From Nageia nagi (lineage: Eukaryota > Plantae > Pinophyta), in the NCBI GenBank assembly GCA_050084985.1, contig JBITNC010000001.1, positions 60,698,001 through 60,762,000 on the forward strand: 64,000 nt of DNA, written 5' to 3'. This document shows positions 1-12,449 of the stretch, in pieces. The notes beneath the pieces were generated by a model. It was not told the DNA's origin. It made no database searches and saw only the letters and a list, made by a program, of their open reading frames with translations. Made by a program: the position numbers and the translations under genes. Numbering within the stretch: the first letter of the stretch is position 1; each line of letters begins with the position of its first letter.

Positions 1-461
1 ATTATTTTGTAGGTAGAATAGTGTTCCCCACTTACACAATTAAATAATGAAAATATTTGTAACTTAGAGTTAACTAACCATTTATGGTTAGGTTAGTTAA
101 CTACCTGAGGTTAGTTTTGAGTCTTATAAAAGGAGCTCATGTTGTGAAGAATTAAAAATGAGAATTTGAATGAAAAATATGGTTGTAAGGATGTTAGTAT
201 AGATCTTTGCTAGTAAGGTTAAAAGCATGCAAGCTATGCTTGATGCTATGGAGAGACATGGTTGAGATCCATGAGTGTACATATTGTTTGAAAGTATATA
301 GAAAAGGAGACCTTAAAGTGGAGTACTCTCATAGAGAGGAACCACTATATATCTTGTGTCACTTGTGTGATTGTTTGAGTTCCTATTTTAGATGTGTGAT
401 TTTTATATTTGATAGAGAACCTACAAGTGTTCTTGGGTTATGTAATCCACCAATTCCATCA
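1..461 (+). mobile_element. Partial LTR of the A/B Copia-type family (3' end, terminating in CA)
   Basis: Bases ~316-373 (aagtggagtactctcatagagaggaaccactata...gtgtcacttgtgtgattg) are the reverse complement of the element B LTR at 21601-21662. The segment ends caattccatCA at 461, the reverse complement of the B LTR start tgaaggaattg. Confidence 0.7.
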
Positions 462-1706
462 ATACCATTAAAAATTTTACAACGAATTTTCAATGTAGTC
501 TTTAGGTGTTGTGACTAACTATTTTTGTAGGATTGACAAATTAGTATTAAAAATAGTTTGATAAAATGTGGGCTTTTATACCAATATTAGGCCATGAATG
601 AGACTACAAGTGAAAAAGTGAAAAGTTATATTCCAAAATTTTGAATTATCTCTATAATCAATGTGAATATCTACACCAAAAATAAATGAATGAAAATCTC
701 ATCCCTTTGAAGCATCATAGAAAACCTCCTCTATGTCCCCTCTACTACCTCTTTCATTCTCCTAACCCTAAGCTTCATACCCTCTAGTATCTTACACTCG
801 CCCACCATAATCTTATACCCTTAAAGCTGGTGATTGAGGAATTGTTAATTATGTGGGCTACCATATTAGGGTAGAATCTATAATCCTCTTACTCCTCAAT
901 CCATATGATTATGATCTTCAGTACTTAAATTAAAAAGAATATGAACCCTAGGCACATGTGTGATGAATTGATAATGAGAGAAGATTTATCATGACTACTC
1001 AATCTCTAACTCACCCATAAACCTAACTATTGTGCTTTACACCTGTGTAAGATGCACCCTCAAATAATCCTTATTATTTTTTATATCATCTATATCCTGT
1101 TGTACCAATGCAAGTCAACCCCTCAAGCCATCCATCTTAAATATCACTACATCAATTTGATCTATTATTGAATGTAATCTCATTAACCAAGATAACAACT
1201 CAACATGCTATAAATCCTAAGTCAATCTCTCTCTCTCTCTCTCCCCCCCCCCTCTCCCTCTCCCTCTCTTAATTCTATCCTTCCATGACTCCTCCCTTAC
1301 TACAAGTACTAGATCCTCCATCATAAAATGAAGGTCCTCATTTCTCCCTATATCCCCAAAATATGGTCTTAATGGACCAACCTCTATTGCCTCCATTATT
1401 GTTAAACTATCCAATCCTTTTCCAAAAATATCCCCCAAGGAGCTCTCTTATCTCCTTCTATTATAACCTTCTTTGTATATTATTACACATGATACTATTG
1501 TCCATCTCCCTATCCTCCTCCACTACCTTTTTTTCTAACTCTCCTCCTACATTCACATCAATAACCCTTAAGGATCCTCCATGCCACCCACCATTAGTTA
1601 TCCTATTTAGTCGTATTTGTACTATCAACATCAAGTAATCCTTTAGGATCATCAATTGCTTGTATAGGATCCACATACTAAGCTTGATGCCTCCCATATT
1701 CCACCA
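462..1706 (-). mobile_element. LTR family X, copy 1: leader, degenerate tRNA-Met PBS (571-583) and ~1.1 kb LTR (585-1706)
   Basis: ggcttttatacca is the reverse complement of a degenerate tggtatcagagcc and lies next to the LTR start. The region is colinear with 17505-17951 plus 47821-48743, including the (CT)n/C-run tract. Confidence 0.75.
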
Positions 1707-2079
1707 TCTTTCTATAAGTTAAAAAAGGGTTTATAACCCCTTATATCAAACCAAATTGTCAAAGAATGCAATCAAATTGGTGCATCTTGCTCCTTAATAA
1801 TCCATTTCACTCTTCAAATCTTGAAAAGATAATTTGTCATATCTAGCTATGTATTTCCTCATTTATAAGTCTTCCTCATGAAATTTCATGGGTTAATTGT
1901 CTAAAACATCCTCCTATAATACTCCTTATCTCACTAATTGGGAGATGGAAAAGTGTATGTATATGATGTGTAGTAAGTGCCCAACTTGGGATTCACTTAT
2001 TTAATTATAGTTTTGTTATTATTTAGGGAGTTTGATTTATGATCACCTATAATATATAATTAATGAATAAAAATATATC

Positions 2080-3520
2080 TAATCATGAAACCATTTTTAG
2101 AAGATAGATAAATTGTATCATAAAATGTACATAATTTATAATAGAAAATGCTAAGGTGGGAAAAAGCCATTATGAAATGAGTGTAGTTTACTATTAAAAA
2201 CTTAGAACACAAAACACAAGGTTGAAAAAGCCTTGGAATGGTATAGTACCTAGAGATCACCAAATACCTTTCAAAGTATTCTCCTTCTCAACCTTGTTCC
2301 TTCCTCCAGAAATGTCTTTATTTCTCCATTTTCCTCTTCCTCTTGGAAAAAATATTACCTCCATTATATTTTTATTATTTTCTTTGATATAATGTTTTGA
2401 TACATTTACAAAATTTCATTTCCCCACAAATTTAGTTTCAAGAACCACCATTTGAGTTTCCTTGATTGTAACTATCATTTTCCCAATTTTCCCAACTATC
2501 ACAAAAGTGTTTAGATGGCATTTTATATTTCCCATAACCTTTGTATCATAAGCCCAATATATGTAAAATATTTACATGTTCTTGATAATTTCAAATACAT
2601 TCAATCAAAAGGTTAACTCATAACTCCTTATGAGTCATTCCCAGCATGTCCACCAAGATGACAATAAATGTAGATTTTCTTATATAATTTTCCAATTATT
2701 AAAAAGTATGAAAATGTCATTTTTGGGGATCCATAACTTCTAGATCATATTTTCACATGCCTTAACATTTTAACCATATTTATTAGTGATACTAAATAAC
2801 AATTATCCATATTTGAGACTCTAGATAATCTTAAATTATTCCCAATAGGTTCACTAATATAGCCTTTGACTAAGATTTACACTTGTCAATATCTCCACAG
2901 AGTGCATAAAGTATCGTAGTCTAATTAAATGTCATAGCTTACATATATCATTGTATTTTGTTTCAAGCATTGACATTTAACCAAGATTTGAAAGATGTCC
3001 AAGCATTGTATATTTCCAAGAATTGTAGTTATCTAAGCACCATAATTATCTAAGTGTTGTAGTATTATTGAGCATCATAGTCTAACTAAGCATCATAGTT
3101 TATTTTAAAGAATCATTTTATATATAAATTATCATATTTTGATAAAATATTATAGTCCACATATAATATCATAGTCTACACAGAGCATTGTAAAGTGTAT
3201 AATTTGGTCTTTTTTTAAAAGTGCTCAAAATTAGTTGAAAGTTTCAAGGTAAGTTTAAGGCAAAAATAGGTATCAAAAATAAATTTTCATTTAAAAATTA
3301 TTTTTAGATTAAAACATATGAGCCATTAAAATTTCAATAGTCTCATGCAAAATTGGATTGTATAATTAGAAAAAAATTACATTGCATTGAAAACTCCTAA
3401 ACAATAGAGCATGCATGGCTAGAAAATAAATATTTATATAAATACAAAACTAAATTTTTAATTAGGTATCTCTTATGGGAATATTTCGGATCCAAAAAAG
3501 CTTATTTAATTAGATTAACA
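2080..3520 (-). mobile_element. Probable Gypsy LTR containing an internal ~21-22 bp minisatellite
   Basis: It abuts the 3' end of a Gypsy integrase relic and is colinear with a second copy at ~50640-52092. Boundaries are approximate. Confidence 0.55.
2900..3200. repeat. Degenerate ~21-22 bp minisatellite (aagcattgtagtt.atct-like)
   Basis: Recurring aagcat(t/c)(g/a)tagt motif. A homologous array lies at ~51465-51820. Confidence 0.65.
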
Positions 3521-3559
3521 ATATGAGGTTATTGTATCTTCACCCTATCAAAGAGTAAC

Positions 3560-4195
3560 CATCTTGCATTGTTCCAACCAAAACTCTTAATTACACCCTC
3601 TCTATTGCCTCTTCAAAATATGAAACCAACTCATCCCAACATGGTAGATTTTGAGTATCTTCTTTTTCAATATCCAATAATGAAGGCTCAAACAACTAGA
3701 AATTCTCCATATTACTAACAAAATACATTAGACAAGTCAAGTTTGAATCTATTATCCCCATATTTATCCATTATCTTAAATGGTCCATAATTACTAGCTC
3801 CTTGTAACTTGTTCTTACTCAAATGCAACTACATCATGTGTCTAACATGAAATTGATGTATAACTTTATGCTTATCTTATTCTATATACTATTGTTGAAT
3901 TTTTTTAGCTTCTCCTTAATATGCTCATGAATAAGATAAATTTTCTAAATGAAACTTAAGAACCTTACTACCTTTAGACTCATTAATCACTACTACATCT
4001 ATCCCACTTATATAAACTCCATCAAAAGGTGAATATGATAGAAAACCATAACATATAAGCTTGCTATAGCAATATTTCATATAAGGTAGGCTCTCATCCC
4101 AAGTCTTTGCCATATGTTGATTAAAAATCCTTAACAAATGTGGAATGGTCCTATTGATAACTTTAGTTTGACCATTTGTTTGAAGATGAAACCAA
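3560..4195 (-). pseudogene. Ty3/Gypsy integrase C-terminal relic
   Basis: Minus-strand translation FHLQTNGQTKVINRTIPHLLRIFNQHMAKTWDESLPY matches the integrase HPQTDGQTEVVNR motif, followed by a YGPFKIMDK GPF motif. Many stops and frameshifts. Confidence 0.85.
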
Positions 4196-4446
4196 GGTTA
4201 TGCATAAGGAAATTTGGTAAAACAAAAATTGAATAAATTTAGGATTTAGTTCAAAATATTTTCAAAATTTTGGAGAAAGTGGTTTAAAATGGTCTCGAAT
4301 CAAGGCAAGATATTCTATTTTTTTAACTTTGGATTAAAAAAAAACCTATTTCATAAAATTTGTTAGGAATTTATGAAAAAAAGGTGAAAGGTAAATTCTT
4401 GTAAAAATGAAATTATCACTAATAAATTATATATTTGAATTTACTA

Positions 4447-4685
4447 TGATATCAAATATGTTAAACTAAATACCTCAAATATTTTTGACCGATAGCCTCA
4501 AACTTCTCATACTGATGATTTTAAATATGTCATACTAACAACCTTAAAGATGTCATATGAACAAACTCATGATATAATATAATGGCTTCAAACACATGAT
4601 ACTAATGATCTCAAATATGACATATCAAAAATATTAAACATGCAATACAACAACTTCAAGCAATTCATACCAATGGTCTCAAATA
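4447..4685. repeat. Degenerate ~22-23 bp minisatellite (caaatatgtcatactaatgacct-like), about 10 units
   Basis: Periodic tcaaa(t/c)atg...catac motifs are visible directly in the sequence. Confidence 0.6.
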
Positions 4686-5149
4686 GTTCAAAGGTGATTC
4701 ATACCATGAGTCTAAAGGAGATTCCACTAATGGTGATAGTGGCGAGGAACATTGCATCAAGCTTAATGTTCCAAAGGGTCTAGCATAGGCTTGAATCACA
4801 ACACCAAATGCATATGCCAAGACCTTTTTGATTGCAACTGGGGCTAGCAACCCCCATACTTCTCCCAAATTTCTTGAAGTAAGTTGCTGGATAATCCTAT
4901 GGGCACATAGTCCTCTATGCAAGACACCTCTTTCTAAGCTTATCTATCTTCCAATCTTTCCAAAAGTGGGTTATTAGGGGATTTATCCATTGTATTAATC
5001 TCATTGGACTCAACTCAATTCCATTACCCAAATATATGGGAATTATAGCTATGCAGATACCATGTTTGAGATACAAACATTATGTGGATATGGAATACTC
5101 ACAACCTAGTTTGAGTTCATATCATTCACTTTAAGTAGTAAAAAAGAAC

Positions 5150-5807
5150 TTCTATTAAAACCTAATGAACAAAAAATATTTTGATTTATTTTGAATATGA
5201 AAATACTTGCAGTTCAAGCATAATAGATAGAGGAAATTAAGGAAGCTACCATGAATTCATGTTAGAGTTCATCGATATTGAAATTGAGTAAAGGAAATTA
5301 AAACTACAAACTATATGACTATCCCAATACTCACTAAAATAAGGGATGAGGGAATAAAATATCGCCAAAATATTAAATATGATTTATGTGAAGAAAGGTC
5401 TATAATGCCTTCTTTAGCAAAATAGTAAGAATCTTCTTGCTAATAAATAATATCAATAGATGAACTTATATTCAATATTTTAATCACCTGTTAACATTGG
5501 CAATAATTTAACTTCAACTATATAAGATATTTTCAATAGTTTCCAAGTGGATAGAATTATATGAATTTTTACAAACTATGGACTATTCTAACTCATGTTA
5601 TCTTTAATGCTTTAAAGAATTAGAAGATGAGAATGGAACCAAGTCTAATTTATAATAAAGAGTAGAAAAAATCCTAAAAAAGTATAATAATATAATACCT
5701 TTAAGACATTTTCCTCTAGGTTCCAAAATTCTAAATTTGACTCCATATCAAATAACACCTTTTGAATACGAGGACATGAAGAGGTAAGTTCATAACTTAT
5801 TAGAAAT
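5150..5807 (+). pseudogene. Ty3/Gypsy pol relic (protease to RT N-terminus), interrupted by Copia T
   Basis: LGSKILNLTPYQITPFEYEDMKR*VHNLLE resembles the Gypsy PGS..PN..PYR..P.E.EE.KRQV.ELLEKG segment. The RT resumes after the insertion. Confidence 0.6.
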
Positions 5808-8800
5808 TGTTATGTTCAAGTATTTTGATATAAAGTTTGAATAAATTCTACCTCCTACTCCTTGGAAAAAGAAACAACAATATAATTGAGAAAAATAGTA
5901 AGCAATCACATAAACAAGAGAGGCAAGAGATTAACTTGGTTCAACAGATGTGGGCTACATCCATAGAGTAGAGTTCAATCCTTGTATTGCATTAATTTTC
6001 CAAGTGCTCCAAGAAACATACTAGCAGCATAACCTTACTAAAAACCCTTTCTTTAGAGTACAAGCATGATCTCTCTACAAATATCTCAAAACATCAAACT
6101 AGAGCAATATCAAAATCATTACTGCAAGCTCAAAATTACACATTCAAACTACATGTTGCAACCTCAATCCAAGATCCTCAATTTATAAGAGAGATAACAT
6201 CCCAATTTGAATCTAAAATGGTTAAGGAATCCATGGGATAATATCCCAACTTGATTGTAACTTCTAACCACTTAATTTCTTCCTAATGATCCTTTCTTGT
6301 ATGGTTCATAAACTTGCTTTCAACTCCCACTGCTTGTGCTATATTTGATCTAGTACACGTAATTGCATACATTAAACTTCCAAATGCTGAAGCATAGGGA
6401 ACCTTAGTCATATACTTTTATTCCTCTTTTTTATTAGGACATAAATCTTTAGTGAGTTTAAAATATCTTGCTAATGGTGTAGTAATAGATTTTGCATTGT
6501 TCATATTAAACTTTTTTTAGTACCTTTTCAATATAATATTCTTGAGTTAATGTTAGCATATGGTTTTGTTTGTCTTTAGTGATTTTCATTCCAATAAATT
6601 GTTTAGCCTCACCCAAATCCTTTATTACACAATTTTTAGCCAATGTTTCTTTAAGATTAATAATATCATGCTACCGATATATCATTCACATACAAACACA
6701 AGCTAACATAGTTTCCATTTTTATCTTCTTAAAATACACATAATGATCTGATTAATATCTAGTGAATTTATTAGTTACCATGAAAGTGTAAAATTGAAGG
6801 TACCATTATCTAGTAGCTTGTTTGAGGCCATATAAGATCTTTTCCAACTTAGACACATGACCTTCTTTACCTTTTATGTCAAAACCTTTAGGTTGTTGTA
6901 TATAAATCTCCTCCTCCAAATCCTTATGGAGGAAATTGTCTTTACATCTAGTTGTTCAAGAAATAGATTTTTAGTATCCATAATACTTAATGTTGCTCTA
7001 ATGTAGGTTATTTTTACAACTAAAGAAAAGATCTTATCAAATTCTATAACTTTCTTTTGAGAAAAATATTTTACCACAAGTATTGCTTTATACCTTTTTT
7101 TACCATCTCCCTCTTCCTTCAACCACTACACCCATTTATTAGTAAGTGCTCTTTTATATTTAGGAAGCTAAAACAAACTCCAAGTTTTGTTTTGAAGTAA
7201 AGAGTCCATCTCTTCCTTCATATCAAGGTCCCACTTAATCTATGTACTCAATTACATGGCTTAATCAAAACATTCAAGTTCACCACTATCAACATAAAAC
7301 ACATAATAAAGAGGAGGAGAATAACATTTAGGAGGTCTACAAGCCCTTGAAGATCTCCTCACAACTGTAGGTGGAGTTTGGTATTGTTTTTGTTGAATAC
7401 CTTGAATTTTATCTTTAGGTTTCTCATGCTCATCAACATCCTCAAGAGTTACAAACCTTGGTTCCTCTTCCTTTTTCTTTTTCTCAACTTGCAACCTATC
7501 TTTGTACATATATTTTTCATTCAATATTACATCTCTACTTAAATAATTTTTTGATTATCAACATCCCATGATCTGAAACCTAAACCATCAATACCATACC
7601 CATTGAAGTAGCATTTTGAGACTTTGCATTAAGTTTTTTTATTATTTTTTTTATCAATATGTACAAAAGTCTCACAACCAAATTTTCCCTTTTTCCTATC
7701 CACATTTCCTTTCGAATACCTCCATCTAAAGTAGTAGACAAATCCCTTTTAATCAAGTAAACACTAGTGTAAATAATATTAGCCTAAATATATAAAGTTA
7801 AACTTGCATGTATCCTCGTACTTCTATCACATTCTAAAATTTTCATATTCATCCTTTTTGCAACCCCATTTTCTTTATGTGTTCTTAGAACTACCTTTAT
7901 TTTTCTAATGCCATCAAGTGAACAAAAGGAATTAAACTCTTTACTACAAAATTTAGCACCATTGTCAAATTTGAGATATTTCAACTTTAAATATATTTCA
8001 TTTTCAAATAATACCTTGTAAATATTAAATGTTTTATATATATCTAATTTATTCTTAATGAAATATACCCATGTATTTATTGTAGATTCATTAATAAAAG
8101 TGACAAAGTGAGAAGAACCATCAAGTGAAGTTACTTATGTAGGATCCCACACATCTATATGAACCAACTCTAACCTCTACTTTTTCTTCTCTTTTCCTAC
8201 TTTTAGAAAGCTAACTTTTCTTTATTTTTCATACACATAGTCTTCACAAAATCCCTGTCAAGTTCTTTTATATTAGGAAGAAACTTTTTAGAGTGTAAGA
8301 TTTTCATACCATTTTCACTCACGAGTCCAAGTCTATTTTTTCATAAAGTTACATCTTCACATGTGGATACTAGATTCATGGAGTAATCAAAGATGTTTGT
8401 AATAAAATAAAGAGTGCCTATCATACTACCCTTTGCAACCACCATTGAACCCTTTAAAACCTTCCAATAAAAATTACCAAATGTAATCATATATCCTTCC
8501 TTATCCAATTTACTTGTTGATATGAAATTTATTTTAAGATTAAGAATGTGTCTAGCTTAATTTAAAGACCATTATGTATCATTAGGTAATTTCATTGTTA
8601 TATTACTAATACCAAAAAATCTTGCATGAATGTGCATCACCTAATACTACTTGATCATAGTCATGAAGAACATAATTTGTAATGTACTCTTTATGTGAAG
8701 TAGCATGAAAGGAAGCACCCTAATCAATAACCAATAATCACTATTCTTGTTAGTATTTCATTGACTATATTTAATTCTTGATTACTATTTCTTTCATTAT

Positions 8801-10087
8801 TGTTACCTTCCATTTCTTTTCCATTTTTATTCCTACAACCCTTTTTAAGGTGACCCTTTTTACCATAATGCCAACATTCCAATTTAGTTTTACCTTTAGA
8901 TTTTCATATTAGCTTATTTCTTCCTCTTTCCATTAATCTTTTGATTGTTTAAACCATGAGAGAATATTGGAACTTTCACTTATATATTTTCTCCTCATAT
9001 CTTCACTTAGAATGGTTTCAAAAAGTTCATCAAAGACCATCTTTGCATTAGAAGAAGAGTTACTAACATCCATAATAAAGATAGTCTAAATATTAAGAAG
9101 AGAACAAAATATTAACAATGCTAGTTTCATCATCAAATTCAATTTTAACCAAAGTGAATTATTTTTTTACTATGTTAAACTCATTAACATGATCTTGAAC
9201 TGAACTAACTTCATTCATTTTCATGTTAAATGGTTTTTTCATCAAGTATTACTTGTTTGAGGTATATGGATTTTCATACATTTTAGTAAGTTTGTATATT
9301 AAACCTTTAGTAGTTTTCCCACTTGAAATATTAAAGGCTACACTAGAGCTTAAAAAAATTCTAACATCACCCAAGGCCTTCCTATCCAACAAATTGCACT
9401 CTTCATCTTTCATGGATGAGGGTTTCTTAGATTTCTCTTCAAGAGGTTGGTAGAGGTCCTTTTGGTAAAGGTATTCCTCCATTTTCATTTTTCAAAATTG
9501 AAATCCTTTCCCATTAAATATTTCCTCCTTTAGCCTTCCTTCTTCTACCATTTGCTCCTCTTAGTCCAAATCTACAAACACAATTCACCAAGCAACCCAA
9601 AAAAATAACAATATATAATACCAATTGTTAGGTTCAAGTATTTTCATATAAACTTTGAGAAAATTAGTCCTCCTACTCCTTGGTAAAAGAAACTACAAGA
9701 TAATTTAGAAAAATAGTAAGCAATCACACAAATAAGAGAGGCAAGAGAATAATGTGGTTTACCCAATGTGGTCTACATCCATAGATAAGCTTTCAACCCT
9801 TTTATTGCATCATTGTTCCAAGTGCCCCAAAAAACATACTAGCAACATAGCCTTGCTACAAACCCATCTTTTGGAGTACAGGTATGACCTCTCTATAAAT
9901 ATCTCAAAATATCAAACTAGATCAACATCAAAATCATAACTACAAGATCAAAACTACACATTTAAACTACATGTTGTAACCTCAATCCAAGATACATAAT
10001 TTAAAGAAGAGACACCATCCCAATTTGACACTAAAATGGTCAAGGAATCCATGGAATAACATACCAACCTGACTATAGCTCCCACCA
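5808..10087 (-). mobile_element. Copia element T (Tork/Tnt1-like), internally deleted (RNase H and PPT missing)
   Basis: Two LTRs (5808-~6270 and 9626-10087) begin with tgtta. GAAAT flanks both ends (5803-5807 and 10089-10093, one extra T on the right). Gag, protease, integrase and RT relics lie between the LTRs. Confidence 0.9.
6270..9551 (-). pseudogene. Copia T gag-pol pseudogene
   Basis: Gag starts MVEEGRLKEEIFNGKGFQF*KMKMEEYLYQKDLYQPL. Integrase: DNGAKF...ENGVAKRMN. RT: RYKAILVVK...LEQLDVKT. Confidence 0.9.
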
Positions 10088-10299
10088 TGAAATTAAGGCT
10101 TGAATAGGTGTGATTTTGACTACTCAAAATAGAGTTTAGTGCTATCTATTTTCTAGTTAGCCTACATAAAATCGGTTAGGACCCCATGAGTGTCCTCCAA
10201 TAGATCGATTGATATTCCAATTCCCAGAATGCCCCCTTCATTGATAAGCCTACTGGTTGACTGATCAACTAGCTAATCCTACATGATCAACCCTTTATC

Positions 10300-10860
10300 C
10301 ATCAATTATATGTAAAGTGTGTGAAATTCAAACTTATCCTATGAATTAGGCTCCATACTAAAAAAAGACTCTCTTGATCAAAGAAAGCACGAGTCATGTG
10401 TTGTATCAACTATCTTAGCCTCCAAGAAGGGGGAATAAATGATAATCAACTAAAATATCATCAAATACAAATATTCAATTTCATGAATGGATGATTTACT
10501 TAACATTATTAAAATATTTTTGAATATTGATTTATGTAGTAGATACCATCAAATTTAAATAAAGGAAAGTGATGAATGGAATATAACATTTAAAACTAAA
10601 GATGAGTTATACTAATGATGGTTGATGCTCTTTGATATTTCCAACACTCTATTGTCATTTATATGTACTACAAATTTTATATTTATATAATAAATTAAGA
10701 GGTTTATGAATGCATCTTTTTTATGATATTATTTGTTAATTTGAAAAAATGATTTTTTACACCATAGGCATCTCACTTTGATTTTTCAAGCTCACTTTTG
10801 AAATCTATGGTGGTTGATAGCTGTTAGACCATGCTCAATGATAAAATGAATTTGAGCTAT
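10300..10860 (+). pseudogene. Ty3/Gypsy reverse transcriptase relic
   Basis: NIDLCSRYHQI*IKESDEWNITFKTKDELY matches the [32 protein letters not shown] motif. Confidence 0.85.
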
Positions 10861-12449
10861 TGATTTATTGTAAGAGTATTCAAGTTATATTGAGGACACA
10901 TGTCTTCTCTTATAGAATAAAGAAAACCTAATTGATGATAATGTTGGGGGTTTACCGACTACCTACCAATGAAAACACACACTCCTCACATCGCCAATCA
11001 ATTAATCCTTCTCTCATCAAAAAATAGGGCAACACTAAACTACAACACTTTTTAGTTATAGGGAGTGGCCATGGTGTGTCACAGATAAGTCACTACAAGG
11101 TAATTAACATATCAATGACCTACAAAAAGGGGCCAATCACATCCACATAACCTAGATAAAAAAAGACCATCAAATGGTGCATGAACCTTATGTTGGAAAT
11201 ATTTTAGCTTTTTATGTAGAATTTTCTATAAGTTCATGATTTTTGCTTGCATACACTCTTTATTTGAAGGTATTGCTCATGCCAACCCTTTTACCTATTG
11301 CCATTGCAAATACCTTACTTTGTCTAAAGCTTTGGATGTTGTACTAATGTTTAGCGATGGTAGCTAGATTCGATCATGTGATCTATAGGTTGATGGAAAT
11401 GTCTATTGATCAAAGCTACAGTATGAAGAAGAGGAAATGGGAAGAAAGTTAAGTTTTTATGGATTTTAAATGTTTGGATACTAGGGATACCTTCTAGATT
11501 TTGATGGATTGTTTCGAGATAATATTCTTGATTTCTTGCAAGATTTTGCCAAATGGGGAGCCTTAGGATATTGAAAACATACCAGCCTAGTTTGTGGTGG
11601 TTGAGATAGATGATAACCACCTGTATGATTGAATTTCACTCCTCTTCATAGAAGAAACAATAGGAAAAGCTTGTCTCTTATAGTGCAATCATTTTTATTA
11701 CATAGGTGAGGAATAAATATACATAATGTATATATCAATTTATGTTTTGTATTTATGATATGCATATGTTTTGAATGGATTTTATTAATAGGATGGAGCC
11801 ACCATTTGGTATGTAAAAAGGGGTATCACTTTGTCATATCAATATAGGGAGAGGGAGGGAGGATTTAACGAGGGCATTTTGGATATGTAGGCACATCTAT
11901 TGCATGGAATGATTCACTCCAACAATTTTGGCCATTTATTATATGTGAATGGAAGAGAGAAAGGTTATAAGTTAGACTTTGTAACAAAAGTCAAGTCTAA
12001 TAGAGAGAAATGTTGAGTCACAATCTTGGCACTCTGTACTTATGGGAAGTTTCTTGAGACTAAAAAACCCAGGATGAGTTGCAAAGACTATAATAGCAAA
12101 GCTTATATTTAAAAATGGCATAATCTTAGTATTTTATCTTGCTGAATTATATTTCTTTTGTATACCTCTTTACTATAAGATGACACTTGATAATAGTAAC
12201 ATTTATTTTTCACTTTCATCTATACCCATTTTGTACTCTAGCTGCTAGATTTGGGTGATATCAGACATGAATATTACAAAATTGTAGTCATCTCTTTAGG
12301 ATCTATATTTCTTCTTCATTTGTGTCTTCCATGATTATATTAAATGTACATGATTAATCATGTAAAGATCAAAGTTTGTAAGTCACATTAGCTGAATAAT
12401 TCTTGTTTTATTCTTTTTCCTTAAATATACTCATTTTCTATATTAAACA

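Noticed and set aside
11230-12100. Viral promoter, poly(A) region or extra viral ORF (11351-11620)
   Set aside because: The position is compatible, but only generic AT-rich motifs are present, so it cannot be supported without homologues.
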